In this document: positions 38,783 to 53,047 of the stretch, piece after piece | Layout: the number at the start of each line of letters is the position of its first letter | How positions within the stretch are numbered: position 1 is the stretch's first letter | From: Auanema rhodensis | Lineage: Eukaryota > Animalia > Nematoda | Reading direction: 5' to 3' | NCBI GenBank assembly: GCA_964057225.1 | Contig: OZ059896.1 | Location: 6,572,001 to 6,636,000, forward strand | Length of the DNA: 64,000 nucleotides | Position numbers and translations under genes: made by a program | Notes under the pieces: model-generated | The model's input: only the letters and a program-made list of their open reading frames with translations | Database searches by the model: none | Told to the model about the DNA's origin: nothing

Positions 38783-40370
38783 TTAGACACGGCGGCAGCA
38801 TGGACAGAAAGTTGCAAAAAACTTTTTGCGATAGGGAACAAGCAACAGAACGATAGCTGGAAGGATAATAATTGAACGGATCATGAACAGAGTAACATGA
38901 AGAACAAATAAATCAGTAGCTAAACGATGCTCGAAGTCAACTTGGAATCCAAATAAATCCGAGAAATCGACGGTTAATGAAAGAGCTGACCAAGCTGAAA
39001 TAATAAAATAAAGCTACTAATCAAGTAATCTAACCCAAGAGGAAATGAGCCTCACGGTTCGGAGGCTGAGGTGATATCCGTAATAATTTTGAAAAAGAAT
39101 AAAAGGAAATTATCTCTATGATATCACCCCGAATCAAAGATTAGTTTGATTGAAAAATATTTGCGGAACATACCAATATAAGGAGCATTGAGAGCTTGAA
39201 TGAGAAGTTGGAAAAGAATAAGCCAGAACAAACGCCATTTCGAGTTGCGAATTTGATCATATGGTGATGATTTAGTATATTCATCACGTCTCGAGCAGAA
39301 TACAAATAATGACTGTAAATATAATATATTATATACATATAGTAATGAAAACTTACAAGAAAAACTTGGAATATAAGTGCAATTACAAAGATAATGGCAA
39401 TAAGACGGATTAGAACAATGGTTGGGAATGCTACAGCTTCCGGTAATTCAAATTGGGTTATCATAACATCCAAAAATGTCAGAGCAATTGGGAAAACAGC
39501 AAATTTAAGATATGTCCAACTAAAAAAATTTTCATATAATTCTAATATTAAATTTGATTTAAACTCACAGATAATGAGAATATGAAATTTCATCAGGACG
39601 TTGAACTGCTCCATGTGAGAAATAAAAAGCAACTAAAGAATAAAAGATAGTTGTCCAAAATAGAAAATCTCCAAGAATATAAAGAATTAATGGAACATAT
39701 TCAATTGCTGGATAAACAGTATAAGTTGTATAATAATGATGAACTTCAGAATAAATAGTTAATGCTTGTCTAAAAAAAAGAAATAAATATAATATTAAAA
39801 TAAATAATAAACATACTCTTGTAGTTTATAAAGTGAAATATTATTATAATTACCATAATAATAGTCCCAATGTTGTTCACTGTAATTCAATGTTTTAAAA
39901 AAAATTAAATTTGTATTCTACTTACGTTACACCAAAAACAGATGTGCTGATGTTAATCTCTGTGAATACATCCAAGCCACATTCAAGGAATATCGGAATA
40001 ATAAGTAAAAGAACGAAAATCTAAAGGTTATTTTGGTTATAATATACTTATATTGTTATAATAATAGTATATACTTTCAAAAAATCTCTTTTACGAGAAA
40101 CAGCTGACAGAAGAAGAACAAGAAGTGTCAAGATACATTTCAGAGAAAGTAATCCTATCTTGTAATAATTAGGAGAATATGGTAGTAATTCTTAAAATAA
40201 TAAAAGAAATTATAAAATAAATATAAAAATATAAACATACTATCTTTAACAATAAGAGTTTTTATAGTATCATTTGCTAATAATGAATCATCTGAATCAA
40301 AATTCATTATAGTAGTTGTTACATCAGCTGGTTCCTGACCAGAAAAGTCTAACAGACTATCTGCATCCAT
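38783..40370 (-). CDS. Nematode multi-pass (7TM-like) membrane protein, paralog B
   Basis: In-frame exons MDADSLLDF...KRDFLKIFVLLLIIPI...DQIRNSKWRLFW...VPYRKKFFATFCPCCRRV*. Confidence 0.75.
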
Positions 40371-43300
40371 TCTATAACAAAAATATATTTAACTTATATG
40401 TTTTTAATAATTTAAAATTTGTAATTAAGCTAAGTATAATATTCATCCTCAAAAAAAAAAATATTGGGTGAGCAAAGATCAAATAATCGCTAATGATATG
40501 AAAAAAGAACAACAGGATTGCTATATAGTGTCTGGAAAATCGGTGATGATAATCGAAAAAAATCAAGTAGAATTTTCTTTAGAAAATGAACAAAATTCGA
40601 TATAAAGCTAGAAAATTAATTAAATGAGATGTAAAGCTTTGAGGACGATGCAGAAAAAACGTCTAAAAATCAAGACATGGATCATTGGCTAAATTCTTAA
40701 TTTGATTTCTTTCAACTTTGACACCGATTGCAAATGAAAATACATAAAAAAAGAAGAAAGAAAGAACAAAAAATACTTGTAAAATGTGAAAAAAAAACAA
40801 TTTTATATCATTTATTTAATTGTAGATAAATAAAATAATGATTGAACTTGATTTTATCAAGTATTGAAACAAAATAATTTGTATAAAAATACAAATTGTC
40901 AAATACAAAATGTAGAAATAAAATAATTTTGAAGACAGATCGATGCTTGTTCATTCCGGTGTGAATGAAATGAGAGAAAAGTATATAAATTGATAGAGAA
41001 AGTATTGGCAATAATGAAGAAGAACAATTCAAGTCGGCTTCATGACAACTTTGTCATTTAGCCGTCCATCATTGCCATCCACGGTTTGTAACATAGCTGC
41101 TGATTTTGTGTGATTTAAGGAAAACTTCTCAGGAGACGAAAAAGAAGAAAAACATGCCGATAAAGAAATTGGAGAAGAAAGTAGCGAAGAAGAAGAAGAA
41201 GAAGACGACGATAATCAAAGAAGTCAAAGTACCGAAAATCAGAAACTGGTCGTCCTATTGGCATCATCTCATCTTCCTTACCTTCACAATCTATCAGATT
41301 TCTTTTGGTATTGATGATAGAATGATAAAGATAAAAGTTGTTAACACAATAGCTTAAGATTATCGAAAGAAATTTCAAAGAAAACGAGAACTAGAAGACT
41401 TTTTTTCCAAATAAATAGCAACTTGAGTTTTAAATTAATTATTCTATTCATTCAATATTATTCTATATCTATGTATTCATGATATTTTCGGATAGAATTC
41501 TAATAACCGCATCATCATTATCAAAAGGAATTCGAAATCGCTTATTGAGAACCTGTGTTAAGCTTTGAGAGAGTGTTGGGAAAATTTGATGGATTGCCAT
41601 ATAACATGAAGCTAAAGGTTTGCCTATTTCCATTTTGAGTTAAAAAACCAATTTTGCTTCTGAATTTTAAGTTCTTACATCATTTCAATAAATAAAATAA
41701 TATATAAAAATAAATAAATAAATATTATAAATATATATTTATATAATATTAATAATAATTTATATATTCAAATATCTATATAATTTTTTTTTTCTTTCAA
41801 TCTCTACTTTCTCTCGCACACTCCCTTTCTTATTCTAATTGTTCAACACTTTTTTTTCTTTCAAAATGATCAATTTCATTTCATTGCAAAAAAAATGATG
41901 AAAAAATAGATAACATCCGGAGATTCTTTCAAACATTTTCTGATTGTTTTACTTGAAGTTTACATAATTTATAAAATGGTCTTTCATATATATATATATA
42001 TAGTTAATTTCTAAAAAAAAACTAATATTAGTAAAGTTTTAAACAAAAAGTTGAAGAATATACTTAACTATACATATAATATAAAATAAAATTAGATATA
42101 GTCTATGCTTACTGATACATTCAATGTACATATGGTTAGGTGTTTACTTGAATATGTTTGAATGTCATTTCTATAATCTCTTTCAATGAAAGCTATACAT
42201 GGAACAACAACAATCAAATTTAAAACAAAACGGAAAACAAGTAGATATTCCTTTTCAAAAATGGAAAAGAAGACTTCTTTACTCGTTTTTGTCGGATGTC
42301 GAAGCTTTTGCGCGGATGTTGTATAACTAACATACTTCTCGAGCATCTTTTCTACTAACATGCTATTTTGAAACGTAATTACGTTGCCAAGTTTTAGGTT
42401 TTCAAATGGGATATGGTCAGTGAACTTGGAGTAGTAATACAACTGAATCAACTATCTATTCAATGAAGTAAATAATTGAGAACTTCTTTTCCATTAAGCT
42501 TAATGACAAAAAGACAATTTTCTAAACAAAACAAAAAAAAAAGTAGAAAAATGAAATAAATGGAATAGTTAATGGTTAAAACGTATGATGTAAATAACAT
42601 AATAATATAAACAATTTGTCTAAATTGGCTATATGATACTGAAATTTATAAAATTTTAAAACAAAATTTTATAAACTAATAGTTAGATATACATGATGAC
42701 ACTATACAATACAATATATTAAAATATAATTAATTTTAATTTAATTAAAATATATAAATTATATAATAATAATAATAATAATTAATATTAATATTAAAAT
42801 TGATTAGTTTAATGATTGATCATATGATTTCAAAAATCAAATAAGTTAAGATGATTAACTATAGATTGCTGTAATTAGTTTTAGTTCCAAATCAAAATGA
42901 CCTTCCGGTATAGAAGAACATTAAAATTCCGTTGATTCTGGGCTTCAGTAAATTTACACTGATGATCGCACAAACGCCCTTGACTTCATTTCAATAAAAG
43001 TTGAAAATGGAGTAGAAAAGTCATGCCTTTTATAGAAAATATATTTTATATAAATATTTGAACAAATAATTAAATTATAAAACCAAAAAAAAGATATATA
43101 ATTAAGTAATAATTTAAGAAAAAGATTTAAATAGATATTCAATGAATGAAATCAAATAACATTAGTTTTTGAATAACTGAATCTTTAGTGAAATAACATA
43201 AACAATATTGAAAAAGATCTATTATATAGACAAGAGAGGTTAGATATAATCGTTTTGATTTAAAGCTAAAAGCTACTTGTAAGAGTGACATTCAATTTTC

Positions 43301-46300
43301 TTTTTTAATTTTATAAGAAATAGTTTAAAAGAGAAATGATATGATGTATATTTATAAAATATTATGACTGAATAAGTAAGTTAAGTCTTTAATCTTAAAC
43401 ACCTGTGTCTGTTTGATGGTCATTTATTATATTTGAGGAAGATGATATGGGAAATTGAGCTCTTTTCTACATTTAGGATGACAAACGACTAACAGCCGAC
43501 AACTATTTGAGGTCAGAAGTAGAGAAAGGTATTAGATCCTAATTATAATAAACTTATATATATAAATATAAATTTCAAAATAGTATTCTATTTAAGTTCA
43601 ATCATCTTAATATCTGGTTTTTCAAGTATCTGAAGTCTTGAAGTATTTTATTAAAAACCTCCATTATATTAGTTAGTTTTTCTAATTTCATGGAAGAAAA
43701 ATAATATATAATAGCATAGGTCAGATTGAGATTAGTTTGTTTATTATTTTATTATTAAACATAGAAAAATCAATAACATTTCTTTTTTCGGTTTTGCTTC
43801 TAAAGAATCAAATGTTACTAAAATCTTTTTTTTAAAAAATCATTTTTGGATATTAATAAAGATATAATGATCGAGAGAACAGGTTCAAAATTATAATAAG
43901 AGCACTACTAGGCATAGTTAAGTTTTAAAATAAAATAAATATAATAAAAAAATTTATTGCGAAAAGTCTTTAAATGGGATTGAATGATGAGACAACCCGT
44001 ATATACGTATCTTTTCTTCTTTTTCTTCCAGATTGAAAGTGAAATCTTAAGAAAAAGCTTCGATAAAGCATAAAAACTGGATTTTTTCCTTTTTTTCCCG
44101 ATTAATGAGAAATCTTTTACCTACTTAAATAGTTTCTTAATAAATTTCTAATAATAATAATATTATTTAAATCTTTTAAATATTAAAATAAAAATAAAAA
44201 TATTATATAATAGAAACATCATTGATTCATTAGAAATACATACATATCTGATCTTATAGATAAGCCAGAATATAAAGTTTTTAACAATTTTTTGTTTTTT
44301 TTTTGTTCATTTTAATTGAAAAAAATATAAAATGCAATATCTTTATGTATAAAAGAAGATTAAGATTTAAGTTTACAATACAGATGTTAGACAATCGAAA
44401 TGAATGAAAGAGAACACAAAATCAAATATAAATGAAATATAGATTTCATTCAATTATATTGTTTCAAATATATTTTATAATTTTAATTTTAATATATAAA
44501 AGAAAAATTAAATTAATAAAAGAAAATAAAAGAAATATTTCAAAAAATCAAATGAAATACATATGTGTGTAGGGAAAAACAGTTGTATAAGAGATCGTGA
44601 AAAATGCGAAATACAACCATTTATTAGTCAGAGTTTCTCTTAGAAAACGAAAAAAATGAAAATAATTTTTTCTCACCCCAGATGAAACTGATTTTGGCTG
44701 CTCCCTCAGACTGGACGGCAGCTGACCAATAACATTAGTTGGAGAAGCTTTAGTTGAGCTTAAGCACCGCCTGTCATTCCTTTACCCATTTGTTGATGTT
44801 GGAGCATCCCATTTGCTTTTTTCTGTTGAGAGAAATCAACGAAAAAAGATTTGTTTCACAGTTTATGGTTTCTTTGTTTCCAAACAAATAATAAACTCTT
44901 TTTCATAAATAATTTGGCAAAAATGATTCGTTTAGTATAACATATCATAGTTTATCTGAAATATTCTTTGTACATCTGATTAGTTCAACTATCAGGATAA
45001 TCATGTCAGCTGTATGTGGAATCCTATTTCCTTCTCAGTTTCTATGATATTACGAGAGAAATGAAAAAGCTGTTAAGTATTCAAGAATGTTCCAAGCAAA
45101 ACTTAGTTAAAACATTGTTTCAATTCATTCAATATTCGAAAAAAATTTTTTAAAATAGACATTCTGTTTTCCAATGAAATTGAATTTCTTTTCAAATGGA
45201 ACTGCAGAAGAATAGTAGAAGCAGTTAAACGAAGACAAATTCATTGAATATTGTTTCGTTCAAGTAATTAGCTTCTTGTAAAGACACATAAGCTTTTCTA
45301 TAAGTCAGTCTAAAATTAGCATCAGAATTGTTGAAGCTCTTCAACTTAATGCTCAAGATGTTACTTCAACTTTGTCGTCTTCTTCTTCTTTATATATTTA
45401 TACTTCTTATAGTTCATTCCAAAGTAACAACTTATTTTAAAAAATAATAATTTATAATATTCATAATAAGATATATAGTATATATATATAAACTTAAAAT
45501 ATTTTAAAATATACATATATTAATATATTTATTATTTTTTTTTTTATTTATAATATACATATAGTATAGTATATATACATGTTCTCTAAATTTTGAAACA
45601 TAAAAACTGTTTGAAAGGACGATGTATTCCTTTTCACAAATTATCGCAAAATAACAAGTGTTGAAGAATTTTTGAGTGACAAGGGGAAACACAAAATTTC
45701 AATTTTATTTTTCGTTCAATTCAACAATTTTTTACAAAAAAAAAAGTAAAAAGAAAAAGAAGTATAAGACATGAATTGACCCAATACTATCACATAATAA
45801 CGGTTTCCTTAATATAAGTTTTTCTTTTTTTTGTTTAATAAATCAAAACAACATTTATAATTAAGTGAAACTATGAATCATCAGAGAATATTATGACAGA
45901 CAGATTTATATCACAGTTTGAGCATTGTGCATGTGTGACTAAGATTTTAAAAAAATAATTATTAGTTTTCACAAAAAAAAAAGACAAATCAAGTATACAA
46001 TATTTGGATTGAGAATTATTTTTCTCTTTCTGGCTTGTAAGAATCACAATAAATTTTTAAAAAAAAGATGACTGGAATCGTTAGGTTTCGTAGGACGAAT
46101 AGTATAGTTAGAGTATTAGATATCACTCGATATATTAGTTTTTGAAGAAAGACTGACGAGTGACTACTATGATGCTGACGATGCTGATGATAATGAAAAT
46201 TCATAATTGAATCTTCTTTTGTTTTTGAAAAAGGAGACATGTTACTGAGGAAAAGGAGCCTTCATACAATAAACACAAACAGAATAAAATCAAAAATATG

Positions 46301-46692
46301 ATCTATAAAACAAAATTGAATACGTAAGATTCTTTTGAAGCGCATTTTACAGAAGAAGTATAATCTGCGCAGCAGATTCAACATATAGGTTCTACATGTT
46401 TAAAAAGAAAAATGATCTCTATGGAAGTGAAAAAAACAAACAAAAATTAGAAAAATACTAAATTTGGGTTAATATCATTACTATATCACTGGGAAATACC
46501 GTTCTTTTCCATATAGTCTTCCTCAATAAATGAAAAAAAAAGTTCAGTGTAGGAAGAGAGGTTAGGAGTACCTTCAGGGTCGGCGACGGCACAGGAGAGC
46601 TAAAGCAATCACGCATAAAGCATTATTTTATCTAAAACATATTTATAGATATATAAATATATTTATAGAATACCTTAAAATGCCTTCTGTTC

Positions 46693-49674
46693 TTAGTGAT
46701 CATCGTTCTCAAAACCGATGAAGAATTCACTGCTACGCTGATTCTCACGGCGATTTCCGGGCACATCTGCTGGAGCACTTGATGGTGCCGTTGTGGAAGC
46801 TTTCTTTTTAGTATTTTCATCAGATTTCTTGTTGGACTGCTCCACATCGATATCGATTACTGTTTGCTCCAACTTTTTATCTTCTGATTTATCTTTTTCA
46901 GATGAACTCTTTTGTGATTTTTCATCATCATCTAGGCATTTACGCTCAAGTGTGGATGGATCAAAAATACTTTTTTTCCGAACCATCTATAAATAATGAT
47001 ATAAATAGCTTTTAATAATAAAAATATTAAATGTTTACCTCTTCTTCAACTTCTTCCATTACATCATCTAATACATGATGTTGGAATTCATGGGCTGGTT
47101 TAATGTTAGAGCTTGAAGACGACTTGCGAACTTCTTTGCCGGTAGTATTAGCATGAAGGGTATTTGGTCTTTCTACGGCTATAGATTGATTAAAAGCATT
47201 ATTGACATCTTCTTCTGAAAGTGAAATGATGTTTTAAATAAATTTCCATCAAGTTTCTCATTGAAAAACGAAAATAATAACATACGACTCTCAATAAAAG
47301 CTCCATTTGTGAAGGATTTATCGGCTGTTGGAGTAGTTTCTCCACTTCTGAATGACATTTTCTTAGTTCGATCCAGATGTTCTAGATTTCCATGTGACAT
47401 AGTCTTTCTTGGTAATTCTTCTCCCATATGGCTACGTGAAAACGATCTGTAAATTCATTTAAATATAAAATTTGGGAAGAACAAATGGATAAAGTAACCT
47501 CTCAAATTTGTGTTTCATGTTACGGAACATATCTAAAGAGCCAACAGATGTACGGCTTTGACGATGCTCGTTTCTATAATTCATTATTGAAATATTTTCA
47601 ATTAAAATGTTTCAATTTCTCACTGTCGAACAGGTACTACGCTGACTCTTCTCCGTAACGATGGAGAATTCTGTAACAGAGGATCACGGTCATCATAGTG
47701 GGGCACCATTTTAATTTCAGTGACATGTTCAGGAAGTCTGAAAATGTTTAATTTTTTTTAATTGCTATGATCATTTGTTAAGAAGTGAAACATACTTGAC
47801 TTCACTAACAGATCCTTTGAGTGGATTATTTGGAATTCTCGCCGATTCTTCGGAATACAATGGTTCAACCTAAAAATAAATATTATAGTATAGGAAATTC
47901 AAATAAATTGCAAAGTTTACATCTTCGTCCCAAAATGGATCGCGTCGAAGCTCAGGTGGTCTATCGTAACCCTTATCAACCATCATAAGCACCATCTAAA
48001 CATATCAATTTTTTCTTTTTGTTTATCTAAAATTATGAGAACATACAGTAATATTACGATCAATCAGAGCATTGCATTCAAAATCATCATCATCTTCACC
48101 AAATGGATTTAACATTGCTTCAGCAACCTATTAAGCATTATATAAATATATATTTTGATTATTATTATATTAAAATACCTTCATCCAACCCATATAAAAT
48201 ATAAATTGTAATGTTGACATAATTGGGAAATAGAGATCAACCTGTAAATTTATCTTCAAATTTATTTTCAAAAGGCGTAATAAAGATATGTTTTTCAGTA
48301 GAAAATTTCAAATAGGCGGAGCTTTAATTTCAATTTTTTTGGAAAACTAGCCTTTTATTGAAAAGCAAACATTCTTTCAAAAAGTATATAAGATCAAAAA
48401 ATCAGTTTTAGTTAATAGTATGGGTCATATGATAGTTATAAGATGAATTAAAGACCAAAATGTTTCTTTATAATAACTAAACATAAATATGTTTTAGTGT
48501 CAAAACCTTAGACGCAGGTCAAAAATTTAAAACAAACTTTAAACTTGATTCAAACATGTTTCTAAATCTTTTAATATAATAATTTTCTCAAACTAACCTC
48601 AGTTTTGTTATCTGCATGATCAGAAATTACGTATTGTCGAGCTAATAGACATACAAGGAAATATGTATGAACTGCTAAGCAAACCAATTGTGGATACATT
48701 ATTGGAATTGGTACCCAATCATAGTTACAGATCCAAGCAAGACCAGTACGGAATCTTTTAATTTCCTAAAAAAAGTTTTAATTAATGTTTTAATATGAAA
48801 ATAAACAACTTACTTCTTGTACAACAACTTGGTAATAATCACTCTCAATCAAGCCTTTTTTACGAGCATCATATGTTAAGGCTAATGCCCATTGAAATGG
48901 CATCCAATACTTACTGTATCTATATTGAATCTCATCAAATCGTTCTTTTTCATGTGGCATCATAAATCCTGCAAATATTTTTTACAGTAAAATCTAAAAA
49001 AACTTTCATTTAAATTAAATATATTGATTATAAAATTAATGTTTATACCTGCTGCTACTACCGTATCCAATGTTGGAAAACGACGTCTTGTTCTCATGGA
49101 GATATCACGAAATACAAGAACTTGAGCTAATTCACAATATCTGTTTTGAGATGTAAGACGTTGGCATCATTTAGATTTTAATAATTAGTACCTAACAATG
49201 TTGCGACGAAACATCCGAGCTTGTTCTGATCGTCCTCTCACATATTCAGCTGTCATCAAACCTATGCTGAAAAAGGTTATAAAATATTAAAAAAAGTGGT
49301 CTTGTAGTTTGATTACTTATCAATAAATCCAATAATTTGATATAAATATGTCCAACGATTAACTACAGCTGTAACAAAAAATCCTAACATAAAGTTTAGA
49401 GGAATATAGCTTAGACGGTTGTCGCAATATTGTACAATTCGTTCGAAAGTTCTGAAAAAGAAATAACATAAAACATGTAAATAAAGTAAATTAACCTTTG
49501 TTGATCTGGTGATAATGCAGTTCTGTATATTATACTTAATATAGCATATAGTATAAGCCATACAACAAGTTCTAATATAACTGCTTTCCATATACTACCA
49601 CGCCATTTTAGTAGTAGCTTAAAGAGTGTCCAAGGTTTTGACGTCGATACAGCCAAGTTATAATTAATCGTCAT
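46693..49674 (-). CDS. best-24: Bestrophin chloride channel
   Basis: WRGSIWK, FMLGFFV...RW, RRRFPT, YDWVPIP and [12 protein letters not shown] motifs. The family is certain; the paralog number is from memory only. Confidence 0.93.
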
Positions 49675-50397
49675 CTATACTTATATATAAATAAGATAAA
49701 TGTTTATATTTTTATAAAATCAACACGATAATATACAAAAAAATGAAAAGAAGGTAAAGGATGAGTTTGGTGTAGTTTAAGAGTCATCGAGGCTAGTGAA
49801 CTTGATGATCTTTGTTTTAACAGAGAATATTCAATAAGCACATGCAAAACACGTGGTAAATAGATTACATACAAAAGAAATTATAAATATAATTAAAATA
49901 AATTGATTATAAAGAAATATATTAGTATTTTGACAAAACCTCATCTGATATAAAGTTCATATAGGTATTTGAAGAAAAGTGCATTATAGGTTAAAATGAC
50001 AAAAATGACATGATAGAATCTGGAAACACCCAAAAAGAGACGAACATTTCGGGGTATTGTATCTGAAGATTACAACGTATATGAATTTATGAAAGTTATA
50101 GATATATTTGCGCTTGCTTGGAATAAAAGATCGTTGAGCGACAACGGCCGTGCCTAACATTTACAAATCATTTTAAGACTATTTGCCATACAAGAAAAGA
50201 GGAAAGTCAACAAAAATTATGAATAAATGAAGGGAAATAACTGATCAAACCAAATTTGCTACCGGTTGCCAGAGAGATCGTCAAAATTTAGGAGACGAGA
50301 GTGTGAATCACAGAAACAGATCAATTTTATCTAAAAAATCATAAAATGTGACAAACAGGAATCCGCTTAAAGCTTTTAAAGAGAACGAGAAGAGATC

Positions 50398-50478
50398 GAG
50401 AGAGAGAGAAAGTGAGAATAGGCATACGAGAGAGAGAGAGGGATTGAGAGAGAAAGATTGAGAGAGAGATAGAGATAG
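50398..50478. repeat. Interrupted (GA)n tract upstream of the bestrophin
   Basis: Several short GA runs. Confidence 0.7.
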
Positions 50479-53047
50479 AAGGTTGAGGTGTAGAGGGAAC
50501 GAAAAGTTAACTTGAGAAATAAAAGAGACTACGGTAGCAAGTAAAGAAATCTATCAGTTAAGCAACAAGAAAGTTTATAATCCTGTTCACTTTTATAAGC
50601 AATATCTTTCAACTTTTAAAAGTAGACGGAAACTATAAAATACTAAATGGGAGAGTTTCAAATGATTTTTAGAAGCAATCTTAAGTGATCTTTGAATAAG
50701 AAATGATGGTATATTCAGTTGAAAAGATTGTTGACTATTACATATAGTATACAATATAATGTTCTAATAAATATTTTCATAACAAGACGAATGTACATAT
50801 ACAGCATGCCAATACAGAAGAAAACGATGAGGAAGCGATAATGGTTTGCCAGCATTCTGATGACGCAAGCTTCCCAAAGTTTTGTATGCTACTCTAATAT
50901 TTACTAGAAAAACAAGATATTTTATGACACTTTTCAATAATAAACTGAATTTTAAGATTCATGAAATTCAGACAGAAAAATGCAAAAATACAATTCGATG
51001 AAGGCAAATTATGATGATGTTACTGTAAGGTTACAACACTTGTAATGGATAAAATCATAAGTAATTTAACTACTTTCTTCATTTATTCAGAATTAATGTA
51101 TAAATTATAATTTTAAAAAATGCTATAAAAACACATTTGAGGAAAAAAACTTATTAATCATAATAGTATAGTATAAAAATATTCTTGAGGAATGAAATGC
51201 TGTAAGAATTAATTTGGAAAATAAATCAATGAATGAAGCATTCACGTCCGGAAAAAAAAGGTATTTTTTGAATGATTATAAGGCAAAATCGATGAAAAAT
51301 AATATGAATAAGAACAATTCACTATTAAAGTAACTGCTGATTGTACAATTCTTTTTAATATTCATCATTTTTCTCTTTTTTTTACTTTTTCATCTATACA
51401 TTCAACAGTTCTCTAACATTTTCTCTCATTTACCTTTATCTTTTTTCAAATTGTCATTTTGTCTCTCATTTTCACAATGCTCAATAATATGTCTTCATAT
51501 AACGTAAATGGTAATTCTGAGCTGAATGACGAGCCGATTTCCAGTAAATTCAAAAATAATTTGCATTTTGTGTAATTTTAACTGAAAATGGCCATTCACT
51601 CTCTAAATATCAGTTAAAAAGACTGATTTCTTTGTCAACGATCAAACGGTGAAATGATTATTTTAGGAGACCAAATAGGAAATTTAAAGTTCAAAACTGA
51701 TAGATCAAGATTTTGGATCATATATGAATGCTTTTCTACTTAACTCATAATCATATTAGAAATTCTAGTCTATATATACATATATGTAAGATAGAAGTTC
51801 AAACGGTGCCTAAAAGACAAAATTTAACATAAAATATTGAAAAAACATAAAAATAGATGTGAAAGTATAGTTAATTATCTAAAAAACATACTTAAGGAGA
51901 AAGATACAAGACTTTTTTTGTGAAGTGACTCACAGAACGCGCATAGATTAATTGACGGAATACAACAATTAAAGTAGTGTGAATTTCAACATTAAAAAAC
52001 ATAAACAAGTCTTATAAAAGATTGTTTGGAAATAAATTGCTTCACCGAAATAAAATAATAGAAAATGGAACGATGACGAAGGCCTAAACAATTTGAAGAA
52101 TAACCATGGGACGCTCGATGACAATGATCGCATTTTGGCAAACGACTGGCAGGCTGACTATCAGTATTATTGATGTTAAAATGATCAAGAAATCAAGTTC
52201 ATGTCAATTGCTTAGCAAATTTAAAAGGAAATTAATCTAAAACTAAGAACATTTTGAACGATTAATCAAAATAGATTTATGGCGAAGAAGACGTATTTAA
52301 CGAAAAGGCCAATGACAATACTCAACAGATAATATGATGAATCGTTATAAATATTTGAATCATATATTATCGAAAAAAAGAAAAATATAACCTATATACT
52401 GTTCTTCAGTACTGAATTAATATAATTAAAAGAATTTTACAATAGGTGTGATATTTATTTGAATTTCGTTTTGGAAACATTAAGCTCAATAGTAACCAGT
52501 GTGTAGGTATGTCTATAATTCCTAACTGGTTTTATGCATATTTTTAAAGATTAACTGTAAATTTCTCCATATGAACAGCAAATTTTCAATATTTGCAAAA
52601 ATGAGAATACGTATATGAAAATTCAAGAACTTTATTAAAGAACTCAAAAGTGCAAATGGTGAAAAACAGAAAATGCCACATCTGTGAAATTTTTTTAAAG
52701 AATAGCTAAATTCCCATGTATAGTTCGATAAATATTTGTGTGATGTGTGTATCATAAAATTGATGTATAGTAAAAACAACTAGGGTTGAATAAGGTGGAT
52801 AATCTTTTGTTTGAAAATTGGGTTTTTGAAAGTTCTGACAGATTTTGCAAAAGGTTTCCAACAAAAACTACCACTGATCTTACTTTCAATTCAAGTTTTC
52901 AACATTTGTTCTATAGAATCTTTATTGTGCTAAAGATGATATGCCTTAATATATCTGATAGCTCTATGTTTAAAAATTAAAAATGCTGCATTCTGCATGA
53001 CTAGTTTTAGCACATTTCTAGCCCTACTACAAAGAAACCGGGAATTC

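Noticed and set aside
38777-38786. TTAGGCTTAG, a nematode telomere repeat or telomerase-template-like 10-mer
   Set aside because: A single short match overlapping the stop codon of 7TM paralog B, with no array or surrounding structure.
40372-46240. Many short ORF-track entries in the AT-rich intergenic stretch
   Set aside because: Low-complexity F/I/K/Y-rich translations with no splice-consistent gene structure.
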